From: Armatimonadota bacterium
GTDB taxonomy: Bacteria; Armatimonadota; Zipacnadia; UBA1398; JAKPQA01
Direction: 5' to 3'
Assembly: GCA_029547025.1 (NCBI GenBank)
Contig: JAKPQA010000085.1
Location: 6,585-70,584 of the forward strand
DNA: 64,000 nucleotides
The notes beneath the pieces were generated by a model that saw nothing but the letters and a program-made list of their open reading frames with translations, did no database searches and was not told the origin of the DNA. The position numbers were made by a program, and so were the translations under genes. Below, in pieces: positions 20,858-29,696 of the stretch. How positions within the stretch are numbered: position 1 is the first letter of the stretch; the number at the start of each line of letters is the position of its first letter.

Positions 20858-22420
20858 ATGGCGTCCGACGCACTCGATGACCATCATGGGCCGAGCGAGG
20901 AGGTCCCCGCGCCCCCCGCGGACAAGCTGCTTGTCGTGGACGACGAGAGTGGCATCCGCAAAGGGTGTGAGCGAGTCCTCCGCGCTCGCGGCCATGAGGT
21001 GTTCCTCGCCGAGACGGCCGAGCGGGGACTCGAGATCCTCGCCGAGCATCCCGACATGGACGTGGCTCTGGTCGATCTGCGGATGCCGGGCATGGGAGGC
21101 CTCGAGTTCCTCCAGCATGCGCGCACCGCGGTCCCCGAAATGGTCTCGGTAGTCATCACGGCCTACGCGACTCTCGAGACGGCAGTCGAGGCAACCCGGC
21201 GCGACGCCTTTGACTTCCTGACGAAGCCGTTCACGCCCGACCAGCTCACGAGCGTGGTGGACAAGGCGTTGGGCCGGGCACGGCTGATCCGTGAGCGGAA
21301 CCGGCTGCGCGCGGAGCGCGAGATGCGCCTGCTCGAGCTGGCCACCGAGCAGTCACGTCTGCGCACCATTATCAACTGCATGGCCGACGCGGTTCTGGTC
21401 TGCAACGCCGAGCATCACCTCGTCCTCTACAACCCGGCGGCACTGCGAGTGCTTCCCGGCCTCAACCCCGGGAAGCCGGTGGCCAGACTCGCCGAGGTTC
21501 TGGAACCGCCGGAGCTCCTGCATACCATCGAAGAGACCGGAGCCACCGGGAAACGGCTCTCGAAGGAGATCGAGATGGTGCACCGGCGCGAGGGCGGATG
21601 GGCCCTGGCGAATGTGGCGCCGGTCGTGGATGAGACCAGCGGAAGGGTCCTCGGGTCGGTGACCGTGCTTCGCGATATCACGGAGCTGAAGAAGGTCGAC
21701 CAGGTCAAAGCTCAGTTCGTGAACATGGTGGCCCACGAGTTGCGGTCGCCGCTGGCGGCCGTGGACAGCTACCTCTCCATCATGCAGCAAGGCTTGGTCG
21801 AGGACCCGGACAAGCGGCGCGAGGTTCTCTGCCGAAGCCGGGACCGCCTCCGGGCCCTCCTGGACCTGGTCAGTGACCTTCTCGATGTGTCGCGCATGGA
21901 AGCCGGGACGGTTCGCCGCGAGATCGCCGCGCAGTCGCTGGACGAGATCATCCGCGAGGTCGCGGAGCTGATGGGACCCTACGCGGCCGAAAAGGGCGTG
22001 ACCATTCACGTCGACGTGCCCCCGAACCTGCCGCCGGTCGAGGGAGATCGCGAGGAGTTCGTCCGGCTCTTCACCAACCTGGTCAGCAACGGAATCAAGT
22101 ACAACGTGGACAATGGCACCGTCACCATCACGGCTCGTCACGAGGGCCATTTCGTCGAGGTTGCCGTGAGCGACACCGGCGTGGGGATTAGCGAGGACGG
22201 GCTCAAGAGGCTGTTCGGCGAGTTCTTCCGCGAGAAGCGGCCGGAGACGCGCTACGCGACGGGCACGGGCCTTGGCCTGAGCATCGTGAAGCGCATCGTC
22301 GAGTTCTACCACGGCCATGTGGATGTGCGAAGCGAGCTCAACCAGGGCTCGACGTTCACCGTATCGCTGCCCTGCAAGTACGAGACCAGACCGCCAGCCT
22401 CGCCGGAGGCCCATGGCTAG
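20858..22420 (+). CDS. hybrid response-regulator/histidine kinase (REC-PAS-HisKA-HATPase)
   Basis: The N-terminal receiver has LLVVDDE, a D in ALVDLRMP and TKPF. It is followed by a PAS-like region, an H-box MVAHELRSPLAAV, and a HATPase domain (NGIKYN, GTGLGLSIV). Confidence 0.8.
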   Translation: MASDALDDHHGPSEEVPAPPADKLLVVDDESGIRKGCERVLRARGHEVFLAETAERGLEILAEHPDMDVALVDLRMPGMGGLEFLQHARTAVPEMVSVVITAYATLETAVEATRRDAFDFLTKPFTPDQLTSVVDKALGRARLIRERNRLRAEREMRLLELATEQSRLRTIINCMADAVLVCNAEHHLVLYNPAALRVLPGLNPGKPVARLAEVLEPPELLHTIEETGATGKRLSKEIEMVHRREGGWALANVAPVVDETSGRVLGSVTVLRDITELKKVDQVKAQFVNMVAHELRSPLAAVDSYLSIMQQGLVEDPDKRREVLCRSRDRLRALLDLVSDLLDVSRMEAGTVRREIAAQSLDEIIREVAELMGPYAAEKGVTIHVDVPPNLPPVEGDREEFVRLFTNLVSNGIKYNVDNGTVTITARHEGHFVEVAVSDTGVGISEDGLKRLFGEFFREKRPETRYATGTGLGLSIVKRIVEFYHGHVDVRSELNQGSTFTVSLPCKYETRPPASPEAHG

Positions 22421-22464
22421 CAGCGGCGGGCGCGTTCGGTGCCCGCCCAGAGGAGTGTGCCCGA

Positions 22465-22881
22465 TTGCCTGTCGAACGGACCCTGTCGATCGTCAAGCCG
22501 GACGCCTTGAGCGCCGGTCATCTGGGTGAGATCATCGCGGCCTATGAGGCCGCCGGCCTGCGCGTGATCGCCGCGACCGTGATGCGCCTCACCCCGGAGC
22601 TTGCCGAAGGGTTCTATGCCGAGCACCGGGGAAAGCCGTTCTTCGGGGGTCTGATCGACTTCATGACCTCAGGCATCTGCATGCCCATGGTGCTCGAGGG
22701 AGAGGACGCCATCGAGCGCGTGCGCGCCATCCACGGGGCTACCGACCCGGCCGACGCGGCACCGAGCACCATTCGGGCTCGATTCGGCACCCAAGTGACC
22801 CGCAACGCAGTCCACGGCTCAGATAGTCTCGCCAGTGCCGCCCGGGAAGTCGCCTTCTTCTTCCCGCAACTGGGCGCGTAG
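22465..22881 (+). CDS. ndk: nucleoside diphosphate kinase
   Basis: ERTLSIVKPDA and the NAVHGSDS active-site His region are present. A TTG start is preceded by AGGAG 9 nt upstream. Confidence 0.85.
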   Translation: MPVERTLSIVKPDALSAGHLGEIIAAYEAAGLRVIAATVMRLTPELAEGFYAEHRGKPFFGGLIDFMTSGICMPMVLEGEDAIERVRAIHGATDPADAAPSTIRARFGTQVTRNAVHGSDSLASAAREVAFFFPQLGA

Positions 22882-22887
22882 ATCGAC

Positions 22888-23907
22888 CTAGAACTTCTGC
22901 CGCATCCGGGTGAAATACTCAGCCAACGGCTGGACCTGGCCGCGCTGGCCGGCCGGCAGCCCCCGGTAGAACTCCAGGCCGTCGTCGATAACGCCCGCGA
23001 CCTTCTGTCGGACGCCGTCCGCCCCGGCGCCCTGCATGGACGCCAGCCGGTCGAACATGGTGCCGAACATGTCCTGGGCGTACTGAATGGCCTGTGCCCG
23101 GTCTTCAGGCGACATGTTCTGGAGCTCCCCAAATGCGAAAGCGAAGATCTGCATCCTCAGTTCCTTGGGGAGGTTCGCGTACATCCCAAAGTTCTTCTCG
23201 AACCCCTCGAGAATCTCTTCATCGCTGGTGTAGTCGAGCACCTGGGCGACATTGTCGGGCGTCATGCCATACAACACATACACGGGTTTGGCGACACACC
23301 CGGCGTGCGAGGCGAGCGCCTCGATCAGCTCGCGCACTGAGCACTTGGGAGCATCCACCGCGAAGGCCTCGGCCGATGGCGTGCCCTCATAGATGAAGGG
23401 AACGCGGTACAGCGTGGCGAGCTCGCCGAGGGCTTCGGTGAGGACCACACCGTCGGCCTTGATCGGGCCTACGGTAGACTCGTCGCGGACCTTGTCCGCG
23501 GGCCGATCAGGACGTTTGAGGTCCGTCGGCTGGGTCTCCTTGCCGGTGGGGTCCTTGGGGGTGATGAGGTAACCGGGTCGGCGAGCCACGCGGCCCATGC
23601 CACCCAGTAGGACGTATACCTGGTCGACGTTCGGGGCCGTGAACTGGAGCGGGCCCACCGCGAAGTCCATCGGCTCAGCCACGGCCATGGCCACGTCGAA
23701 CTTCTCCTGGAGGTACGTCGCCAGATCCTTCACAGTACCACCGGCGAAGTTGATGGCGATCGTGCCCTTCTCCGTTTCGCCGGCGCCGGTGGCCTGCGTG
23801 GGCTGGTCTACTTGGGTGGCCGGGAGATCGTCCGATAGGGCGGCGCCGCAAACTGCGGCGATGGCGGCAAGGCAGCAGAGGAACAGACGCCTGGACATCA
23901 TCGTCAC
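22888..23907 (-). CDS. secreted hypothetical protein (339 aa)
   Basis: A signal peptide (MTMMSRRLFLCCLAAIAAVCGAAL) is present. No recognisable catalytic motif was seen. Confidence 0.4.
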   Translation of the reverse strand: MTMMSRRLFLCCLAAIAAVCGAALSDDLPATQVDQPTQATGAGETEKGTIAINFAGGTVKDLATYLQEKFDVAMAVAEPMDFAVGPLQFTAPNVDQVYVLLGGMGRVARRPGYLITPKDPTGKETQPTDLKRPDRPADKVRDESTVGPIKADGVVLTEALGELATLYRVPFIYEGTPSAEAFAVDAPKCSVRELIEALASHAGCVAKPVYVLYGMTPDNVAQVLDYTSDEEILEGFEKNFGMYANLPKELRMQIFAFAFGELQNMSPEDRAQAIQYAQDMFGTMFDRLASMQGAGADGVRQKVAGVIDDGLEFYRGLPAGQRGQVQPLAEYFTRMRQKF

Positions 23908-24311
23908 CTTCCGTGGGTCACCATGGGTCTACGATCACCATGTCTCGAAACGCAACCATGCCCGGTCGGCCCAGACACAAACCGCGCATCCGCCCTGCCG
24001 TCGGCCGGCGCAGACATGGGATGCAGCTCGCGTTCCTGGGTACTTCGACGCTCGGCGTGGCTCGCGTACTCACACCAGTCAGCGCCTCCTTGTACTGAGT
24101 TTCCCTTCCGGACAGCCGAGCCGCCAATGGGCACCCGTGCTGCCGGGCCATGCGACGGCTCTGGCGGGGCTGAGCGCCGGGGACCCCAGAGTGGATTTGC
24201 ACCGGGCCTGGACTCACAGCACTCTGCTTCGGCGAGCGAATGCGACCCAAGGGGCGGGCGCGCCGGCCGCGAATAGGCGGAACGGTGCTCTGATGCTAAT
24301 GGGGTGAGAGT

Positions 24312-27300
24312 ATGCGTCCCGAACTCCTGCTGACCGTCGCGCTGACCGCCCTGTTACTGGCCGTGGTGGCCGGTAGGGCAGCCGGTGGTGACTATGGTGG
24401 CGCCGTGCGGCGGACTGATGGGCTTGTGGCCTACTGGCCCTTCGATGGCGGACTGGAAGACGTGGTCGGGGGCGCGCTGGGGACGCCTGAGGGCATGGTC
24501 CGCTTCGTCCCGGGCGTGGCGGGCACATCCGGGATCGAGCTCGACGGCCGGGGTTTCGTGACGGCTCCACCGATCCTGGGCGCGGACGGCCCCGAGTCGA
24601 CGATCGAGCTGTTCTTCCGTCCCCTGCCGTCACCGAGCCCGGGCAACCCGTGTCTGGTCTCGATTCGGGACGAGAAGCGGGCCCGGGTCAGTCTGCACAT
24701 CTCCGCTGATCTGAGGCGGCTGGCGGTCTGGAACGGCGGAGGAGCCGGCTGGGTGGATCTGGCGCCGGAAGCGGACCTGGGAGAGGGTGTCTGGCACCAT
24801 GTCGCCCTGACCCACGGGCGCGAGGGCGTTCGCCTCTACCTGGACGGCGTGGCGTGGCCGGGGGCGGTCGGCCCGTCGGGCGAGCGCGGTCTGCCCGTCC
24901 AGATCGGCGCGCCGACCGCGACCGGTGACTTCGAGGTGTTCCGGGGCGCGCTGGATGAGGTAGCCCTCTACTCACGAGCCCTTACGGCCGAAGAGGTCGC
25001 CGCGCACGTCGACGCCGCGGGCGACGAGTGGGCCGCGCGGCGCCGGCGTATGGCGGCGGTCGCGGCGGCGTTCACCGAGGAGCAGGCTCGGCGCCGGGAG
25101 GCCGCCCGCGCCGCTCGGCGCGAGCGCGTGGCGGCCATGCTGGCTGATCCGGCGCTCCTCGAACGCGGAGAGCGCCGCGTGTACCGGGGCGACCATCTTG
25201 AAGCCATCCGCTTCTGCGTGGGCGGCATTGGGGCGGGCACGATCCAGATGGACGGCCAAGCTCGTCTTGCGGCCTGGCAGATCTTCAACAATCACACCGA
25301 GGCCGAGTTGCCCCATAGCTTCCTGGCTATCGCGGCCGGTCCCGCCGGAGCACGTCGTGTGGTCCGGTGCCTGCAGACCGCGCCCGAGGGGCCCTTCGCG
25401 GCGATGGAGCGGCTGGGATTTCAAGGGGAGTACCCGCTGGCCTGGTACGAGTTCGAGGACGGCGAGCTTCCGGTGACCGTGCGGCTCGAAGCGTTCAGTC
25501 CCTTCATCCCGCTGCGGACGCAGGACTCATCCATCCCGTGCGCCGTGTTCCGCGTGGGTGTCGCGAACCCGGGGGGGCAAAGCGTCGAGGTGTCGCTCAT
25601 CGCGGTTCAGCAAAACGCGGTGGGGTACTTGGGCCACGGCGCCGTCGAGGGGTGCGACCACGTGGACTATGGTGGCAATCGCTGCACCGTGCTGGCGCGT
25701 GACGGGGCTACGGTGCTCCACATGACGTCTGATAAGGGCCCGAGACGTCCGGGCGCGGGCGACATGGCCCTGACTGTACTGGGGCCAGCGGGCACGGGAT
25801 CGGCCGATGTGGGCCACCTCAGTGGCCTTCACCACGCGCTGGCCCAAGGCCAAGCACCGAGCGCTCCCGGCTCGGCAGGGCCGACCCCGGCCGGGCGTAC
25901 TCTCGACGGGGCAGTGGCATCGTCGTTTCGCTTGGCCCCGGGCGAGAGCCGCACGGTGACGTTCGTGTTGGCCTGGCACTTCCCGAACGCCGTACATGGT
26001 GCCTCCGGCAGCGGGTGGGACCACCATGGGAACCAGTACGCCAACGTGTGGGGCAATGCGCTGGAGGTTGCCGAGTACGTGCGCACTGAGCTTCCACGGC
26101 TGAGCCGTGAGACCCACGAGTTCCATCGGGCTGTGTACGACAGCAACCTCCCACACTGGCTGCTGGACCGCATCACCTCACAGCTGGCGGTGCTTCGGAG
26201 CCGGACGTGCTATTGGGCTCAGGATGGGTACTTTGGGGCTTGGGAGGGCTGCGGGCAAAGCAGCGGGTGCTGCGCGGGCAACTGCACCCATGTGTGGCAC
26301 TACGCTCAGGCCCACGCCCGGCTGTTTCCCGACCTGGCCCGCCGGATGAGGGAGCAGTCGCTGTCGTACCAGCGAGAGGACGGTAGTCTTCCGTTCCGGC
26401 ACCCGTCCGAGAGCGTTGCCGCTGACGGCGAACTCGGGGAGATCCTGGGGGTGTGGCGCGAGCATTTGTGCGCGGCCGACGAGTCATGGCTTTCGCAGGC
26501 GTGGCCGCGGACCCGGGCGGCCATGGAGCACGCCATCCGCACGTGGGATCCGGACGAAGACGGCGTGCTGGCGGGGTACCAGTGGAACACGCTCGACTGC
26601 GCGGTGGGCGGGAGCACGTCGTGGTTGGGGAGCCTGTATCTGGCTGCGCTGGCAGCCAGCGAGCGCATGGCGGCTCTGCAGGGCGATCCGCAGCGCGCCG
26701 AACGCTACCGAGCCATCCGCAACCGCGGCGCCGTGACGCAAGATGCCACGCTGTTCAACGGGGAGTACTACATCCAGTTGCCAGATCCCGAGCCGCGCAA
26801 CGACTACGTCGACGGATGCGCCATCGACCAGCTTCTGGGCGAGTGGTGGGCCACCCAGGTGGGACTGCCGACCGCCTATCCCGACGACCATGCGCGCCGC
26901 GCTCTGTCGGCGCTAATCGAGCACAACTTCCGGCCAACGCTTGCGGGCGTGACTCAGTCGCCTCGGAAGTTCGTCGCCGATGAGGATGCGGGCCTGCAGA
27001 TGATCCAGTGGCCGAAGGGAGACAGACCCTCGCCGTGCATCCTCTATGGGGACGAGATCATGACTGGCTTCGAGTATGCCGCCGCGGCGACGATGGTGCA
27101 GAAGGGTATGCTCCGTGAGGGGCTCATGGTGGCCAAGGCGGTCAGCGATCGGTACGACGGACGGCTTCGGGAGGGGCTGACACCGGGCGACACGGCATCG
27201 TGGGGATACAGCGGGAACCCGTTTGGGGACGATGAGTGTGGCAAGTACTACGGCCGAGCGATGAGTGTCTGGTCGCTCCTGCTCGCCTGCCAGGGATTCT

Positions 27301-27656
27301 CATACGACGGCCCGGCGCACCGCATCGGCTTCGCTCCCATCTGGCAGCCGGAGGACCACTCATCGTTCTTCACGGCAGCGGAGGGGTGGGGCGTGTACCG
27401 TCAGCGTCGCATGCCCGGGTCGCTCCGCGCAGTGCTGGACGTGCGCTTCGGCCGGGTGGCCGTCCGCGAGCTGACACTAGCGCTGCCCGAGGGCGTGAAC
27501 TGCAGCGGAGGCCGGGTTGCGATGGGCGGGAGCGAGGTTCCCGCGACGATTGCGGGCGGTGGCCGTGGCGTGCAAGTCCGTATCGGCAAGGACCGACTGG
27601 TCACCGCAGGTCAGGAGCTGGTGGTGGAACTGGCGTTCGAGGCGCCAGACGGGTAG
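24312..27656 (+). CDS. secreted LamG/ConA-like domain fused to GH116-like (GBA2-type beta-glucosidase/glucosylceramidase) catalytic region
   Basis: There is a signal peptide. The N-terminal ~230 aa is a Laminin_G_3-like module (ELFFRPL...GVWHHVALTHG...LDEVALYSRAL). A GBA2_N-like block (YRGDHLEAIRFCVGGIGAGTIQMDG) and a DUF608-like (alpha/alpha)6 region (GNCTHVWHYAQAH) follow. Confidence 0.55.
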   Translation: MRPELLLTVALTALLLAVVAGRAAGGDYGGAVRRTDGLVAYWPFDGGLEDVVGGALGTPEGMVRFVPGVAGTSGIELDGRGFVTAPPILGADGPESTIELFFRPLPSPSPGNPCLVSIRDEKRARVSLHISADLRRLAVWNGGGAGWVDLAPEADLGEGVWHHVALTHGREGVRLYLDGVAWPGAVGPSGERGLPVQIGAPTATGDFEVFRGALDEVALYSRALTAEEVAAHVDAAGDEWAARRRRMAAVAAAFTEEQARRREAARAARRERVAAMLADPALLERGERRVYRGDHLEAIRFCVGGIGAGTIQMDGQARLAAWQIFNNHTEAELPHSFLAIAAGPAGARRVVRCLQTAPEGPFAAMERLGFQGEYPLAWYEFEDGELPVTVRLEAFSPFIPLRTQDSSIPCAVFRVGVANPGGQSVEVSLIAVQQNAVGYLGHGAVEGCDHVDYGGNRCTVLARDGATVLHMTSDKGPRRPGAGDMALTVLGPAGTGSADVGHLSGLHHALAQGQAPSAPGSAGPTPAGRTLDGAVASSFRLAPGESRTVTFVLAWHFPNAVHGASGSGWDHHGNQYANVWGNALEVAEYVRTELPRLSRETHEFHRAVYDSNLPHWLLDRITSQLAVLRSRTCYWAQDGYFGAWEGCGQSSGCCAGNCTHVWHYAQAHARLFPDLARRMREQSLSYQREDGSLPFRHPSESVAADGELGEILGVWREHLCAADESWLSQAWPRTRAAMEHAIRTWDPDEDGVLAGYQWNTLDCAVGGSTSWLGSLYLAALAASERMAALQGDPQRAERYRAIRNRGAVTQDATLFNGEYYIQLPDPEPRNDYVDGCAIDQLLGEWWATQVGLPTAYPDDHARRALSALIEHNFRPTLAGVTQSPRKFVADEDAGLQMIQWPKGDRPSPCILYGDEIMTGFEYAAAATMVQKGMLREGLMVAKAVSDRYDGRLREGLTPGDTASWGYSGNPFGDDECGKYYGRAMSVWSLLLACQGFSYDGPAHRIGFAPIWQPEDHSSFFTAAEGWGVYRQRRMPGSLRAVLDVRFGRVAVRELTLALPEGVNCSGGRVAMGGSEVPATIAGGGRGVQVRIGKDRLVTAGQELVVELAFEAPDG

Positions 27657-27721
27657 TCCGTCGTCAGGCGGCGCTTCGTCTGGATGACTCTGCATGACTG
27701 CAACCCTGGGAGGATCGAGCG

Positions 27722-28477
27722 ATGCTGCTGGACGGTAAGGTCGTCATCGTCACGGGGGGCGGGCGCGGGATCGGTGCGAACGTGTCGCGGGTGCTGGCGC
27801 GCCATGGGGCGCGGGTGGCCGTGGTGTACTCGACGAGCAAGAGCAAGGCGCAGACGGTGGTGACGGAGATCGCGAAGGCCGGCGGAACGGCGAAAGCGTT
27901 CCAGGCGGATGTGCGCGATGTGGACTCCGTCGAGACCATGGTGAAGGCAGTGAAGCGCCAGTTCAAGCGCATCGATGGCGTGGTCAACAATGCCATTGCG
28001 GGCCGGCAGCACGCGCCGTTCGACCAGGCCACCTGGACCGACTACCAGGACATGTTCGACTTTGGCTGCAAGGCAGTCGTGAACCTGATTCGGGCCGTCC
28101 GGCCGATCATGAAGGCTCAGGGCGGGGGGCGGATCGTGAACATCGTGACCGAGCTGTGGAACATGGGCTCGGCCGAGTGGTCTACCTACTTGGCCGGCAA
28201 AGGGGCGATGGTGGGCCTCTCGCGCTCCCTGGCGAGCGAGCTCGGACCGGAGGGGATCACCATCAACATGGTGGCCCCGGGCTGGATGGCCGACGAGAAG
28301 GTGGACCCGTCCTCGGACGCGTCGATCCGCTTCGGGCAGACGTTGCCGGTTCGGTTCCACGGCAGTGCCGACGAGATTGGCAATGGCTGCGTGTTCTTCC
28401 TGAGCGACCTGGCACGGTATGTCACGGGTGCCTATCTGCCCGTGACGGGCGGCCGCGTGACACAGATGGGCGCGTAG
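27722..28477 (+). CDS. short-chain dehydrogenase/reductase (SDR) family oxidoreductase
   Basis: Rossmann motif TGGGRGIG, an NNAI(A)G block, and a catalytic YxxxK-equivalent (YLAGKGA) are present. Confidence 0.85.
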   Translation: MLLDGKVVIVTGGGRGIGANVSRVLARHGARVAVVYSTSKSKAQTVVTEIAKAGGTAKAFQADVRDVDSVETMVKAVKRQFKRIDGVVNNAIAGRQHAPFDQATWTDYQDMFDFGCKAVVNLIRAVRPIMKAQGGGRIVNIVTELWNMGSAEWSTYLAGKGAMVGLSRSLASELGPEGITINMVAPGWMADEKVDPSSDASIRFGQTLPVRFHGSADEIGNGCVFFLSDLARYVTGAYLPVTGGRVTQMGA

Positions 28478-28504
28478 CGGACGAGAGGGAAGGGGCCCGT
28501 CGAG

Positions 28505-29635
28505 ATGAGCAGACCCATCGGTATGGGCGTCGTGGGGGCCGGAAGCATCGGGATCCGTGGAGCGCTCCAGCACCTGTGCCTGCCCGACGTTCAGGATCGC
28601 GTGAGACTGGCAGCGGTGTGCGATCCGGTTCCGGGGCGGGCGGCGGCCGCCGCCGCCAAGTATGGAGTGCCACACGCCTACCAGAGCTTCGAGGAGCTGC
28701 TGGCCGACGACTCGGTCGATGCGGTCACACTGGGATCACCCATTGGTCTGCACTATGAACAGGGCTTGGCCGCGGTGCGTGCCGGCAAGCACGTTCACTT
28801 CAACAAGACGATGACGACGACCGCAAGTGAGGCCACGAAGATCATCAACGAAGCCGCGGCCCATCGCGTGAGACTGGTTGCATCGCCTGGGCAGATGCTG
28901 CGGCCCATCAACCAGCGCATCCGCAGGCTCGTGCAGGATGGAGCCCTCGGACGCCTGGCCTGGGCCGCCACGGGAGCGGGCTTTGGAACGTACCATGAGA
29001 ACGAGGGATGCCGCCAGGGCGACGATGTGCTCAGCAACATCAACCCGGCATGGTACTGGCGGAGACCCGGGGGCGGGCCACTCTTTGACATGACCGTGTA
29101 CGGGCTGCACTCGCTTACGGGCGTGCTCGGACCGGCCCAACGCGTGGCGGGCATGTCGGGAGTGGCCGTGCGCGAGCGCGAGTTCCAGGGGACGCGGTAC
29201 GCCTGCGACGCCGACGACAACACACTGCTGTTGCTGGACTTCGGCAATCAGACCTACGCATTCGTCTACGGCGCTCTCTCAGGGATGCTGACGGAGTTCG
29301 GCCTGGCCAGCTACTTCGGTACTCGCGGGCACATCGCGGGCCGCACGATGAACGGAGAGCCAATCGACTATCCGGGCCGGACCGAGGCCGAGGCGGCGGG
29401 CGGCGACAACGTGCTGTTGCCCCATGTGGTGGGCCCCCATCGAGAGCTCGATGAGGCCCACGTCTTCGAGGACATCATGCAGCTCGTGGACTGGGCTCGC
29501 GAGGGGATCCCCTCGCCCGCGACCGCCGAGCATGCGCGCCATGTAATCGAGATCTTCGAGGCCGGGTACCGAGCCGCTGAGACCGGCGAGACTCAGACGC
29601 TGACCACGACCTTCGAGCTGCCAGACCAGGGGTGA
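28505..29635 (+). CDS. Gfo/Idh/MocA family NAD(P)-dependent oxidoreductase
   Basis: N-terminal Rossmann motif GVVGAGSIG and a GKHVHFNK block are present. The C-terminal alpha/beta domain is typical of the family. Confidence 0.8.
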   Translation: MSRPIGMGVVGAGSIGIRGALQHLCLPDVQDRVRLAAVCDPVPGRAAAAAAKYGVPHAYQSFEELLADDSVDAVTLGSPIGLHYEQGLAAVRAGKHVHFNKTMTTTASEATKIINEAAAHRVRLVASPGQMLRPINQRIRRLVQDGALGRLAWAATGAGFGTYHENEGCRQGDDVLSNINPAWYWRRPGGGPLFDMTVYGLHSLTGVLGPAQRVAGMSGVAVREREFQGTRYACDADDNTLLLLDFGNQTYAFVYGALSGMLTEFGLASYFGTRGHIAGRTMNGEPIDYPGRTEAEAAGGDNVLLPHVVGPHRELDEAHVFEDIMQLVDWAREGIPSPATAEHARHVIEIFEAGYRAAETGETQTLTTTFELPDQG

Positions 29636-29696
29636 GCGGGCGCGGCAGGAGGATCGTCCGGCGGGCTGCGCGAAGCCTTGAGGACGGTATGGGGGC

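Noticed and set aside
22614-23132. 172-aa minus-strand ORF bridging the ndk gene and the secreted hypothetical gene.
   Set aside because: It overlaps two better-supported genes and has a biased translation.
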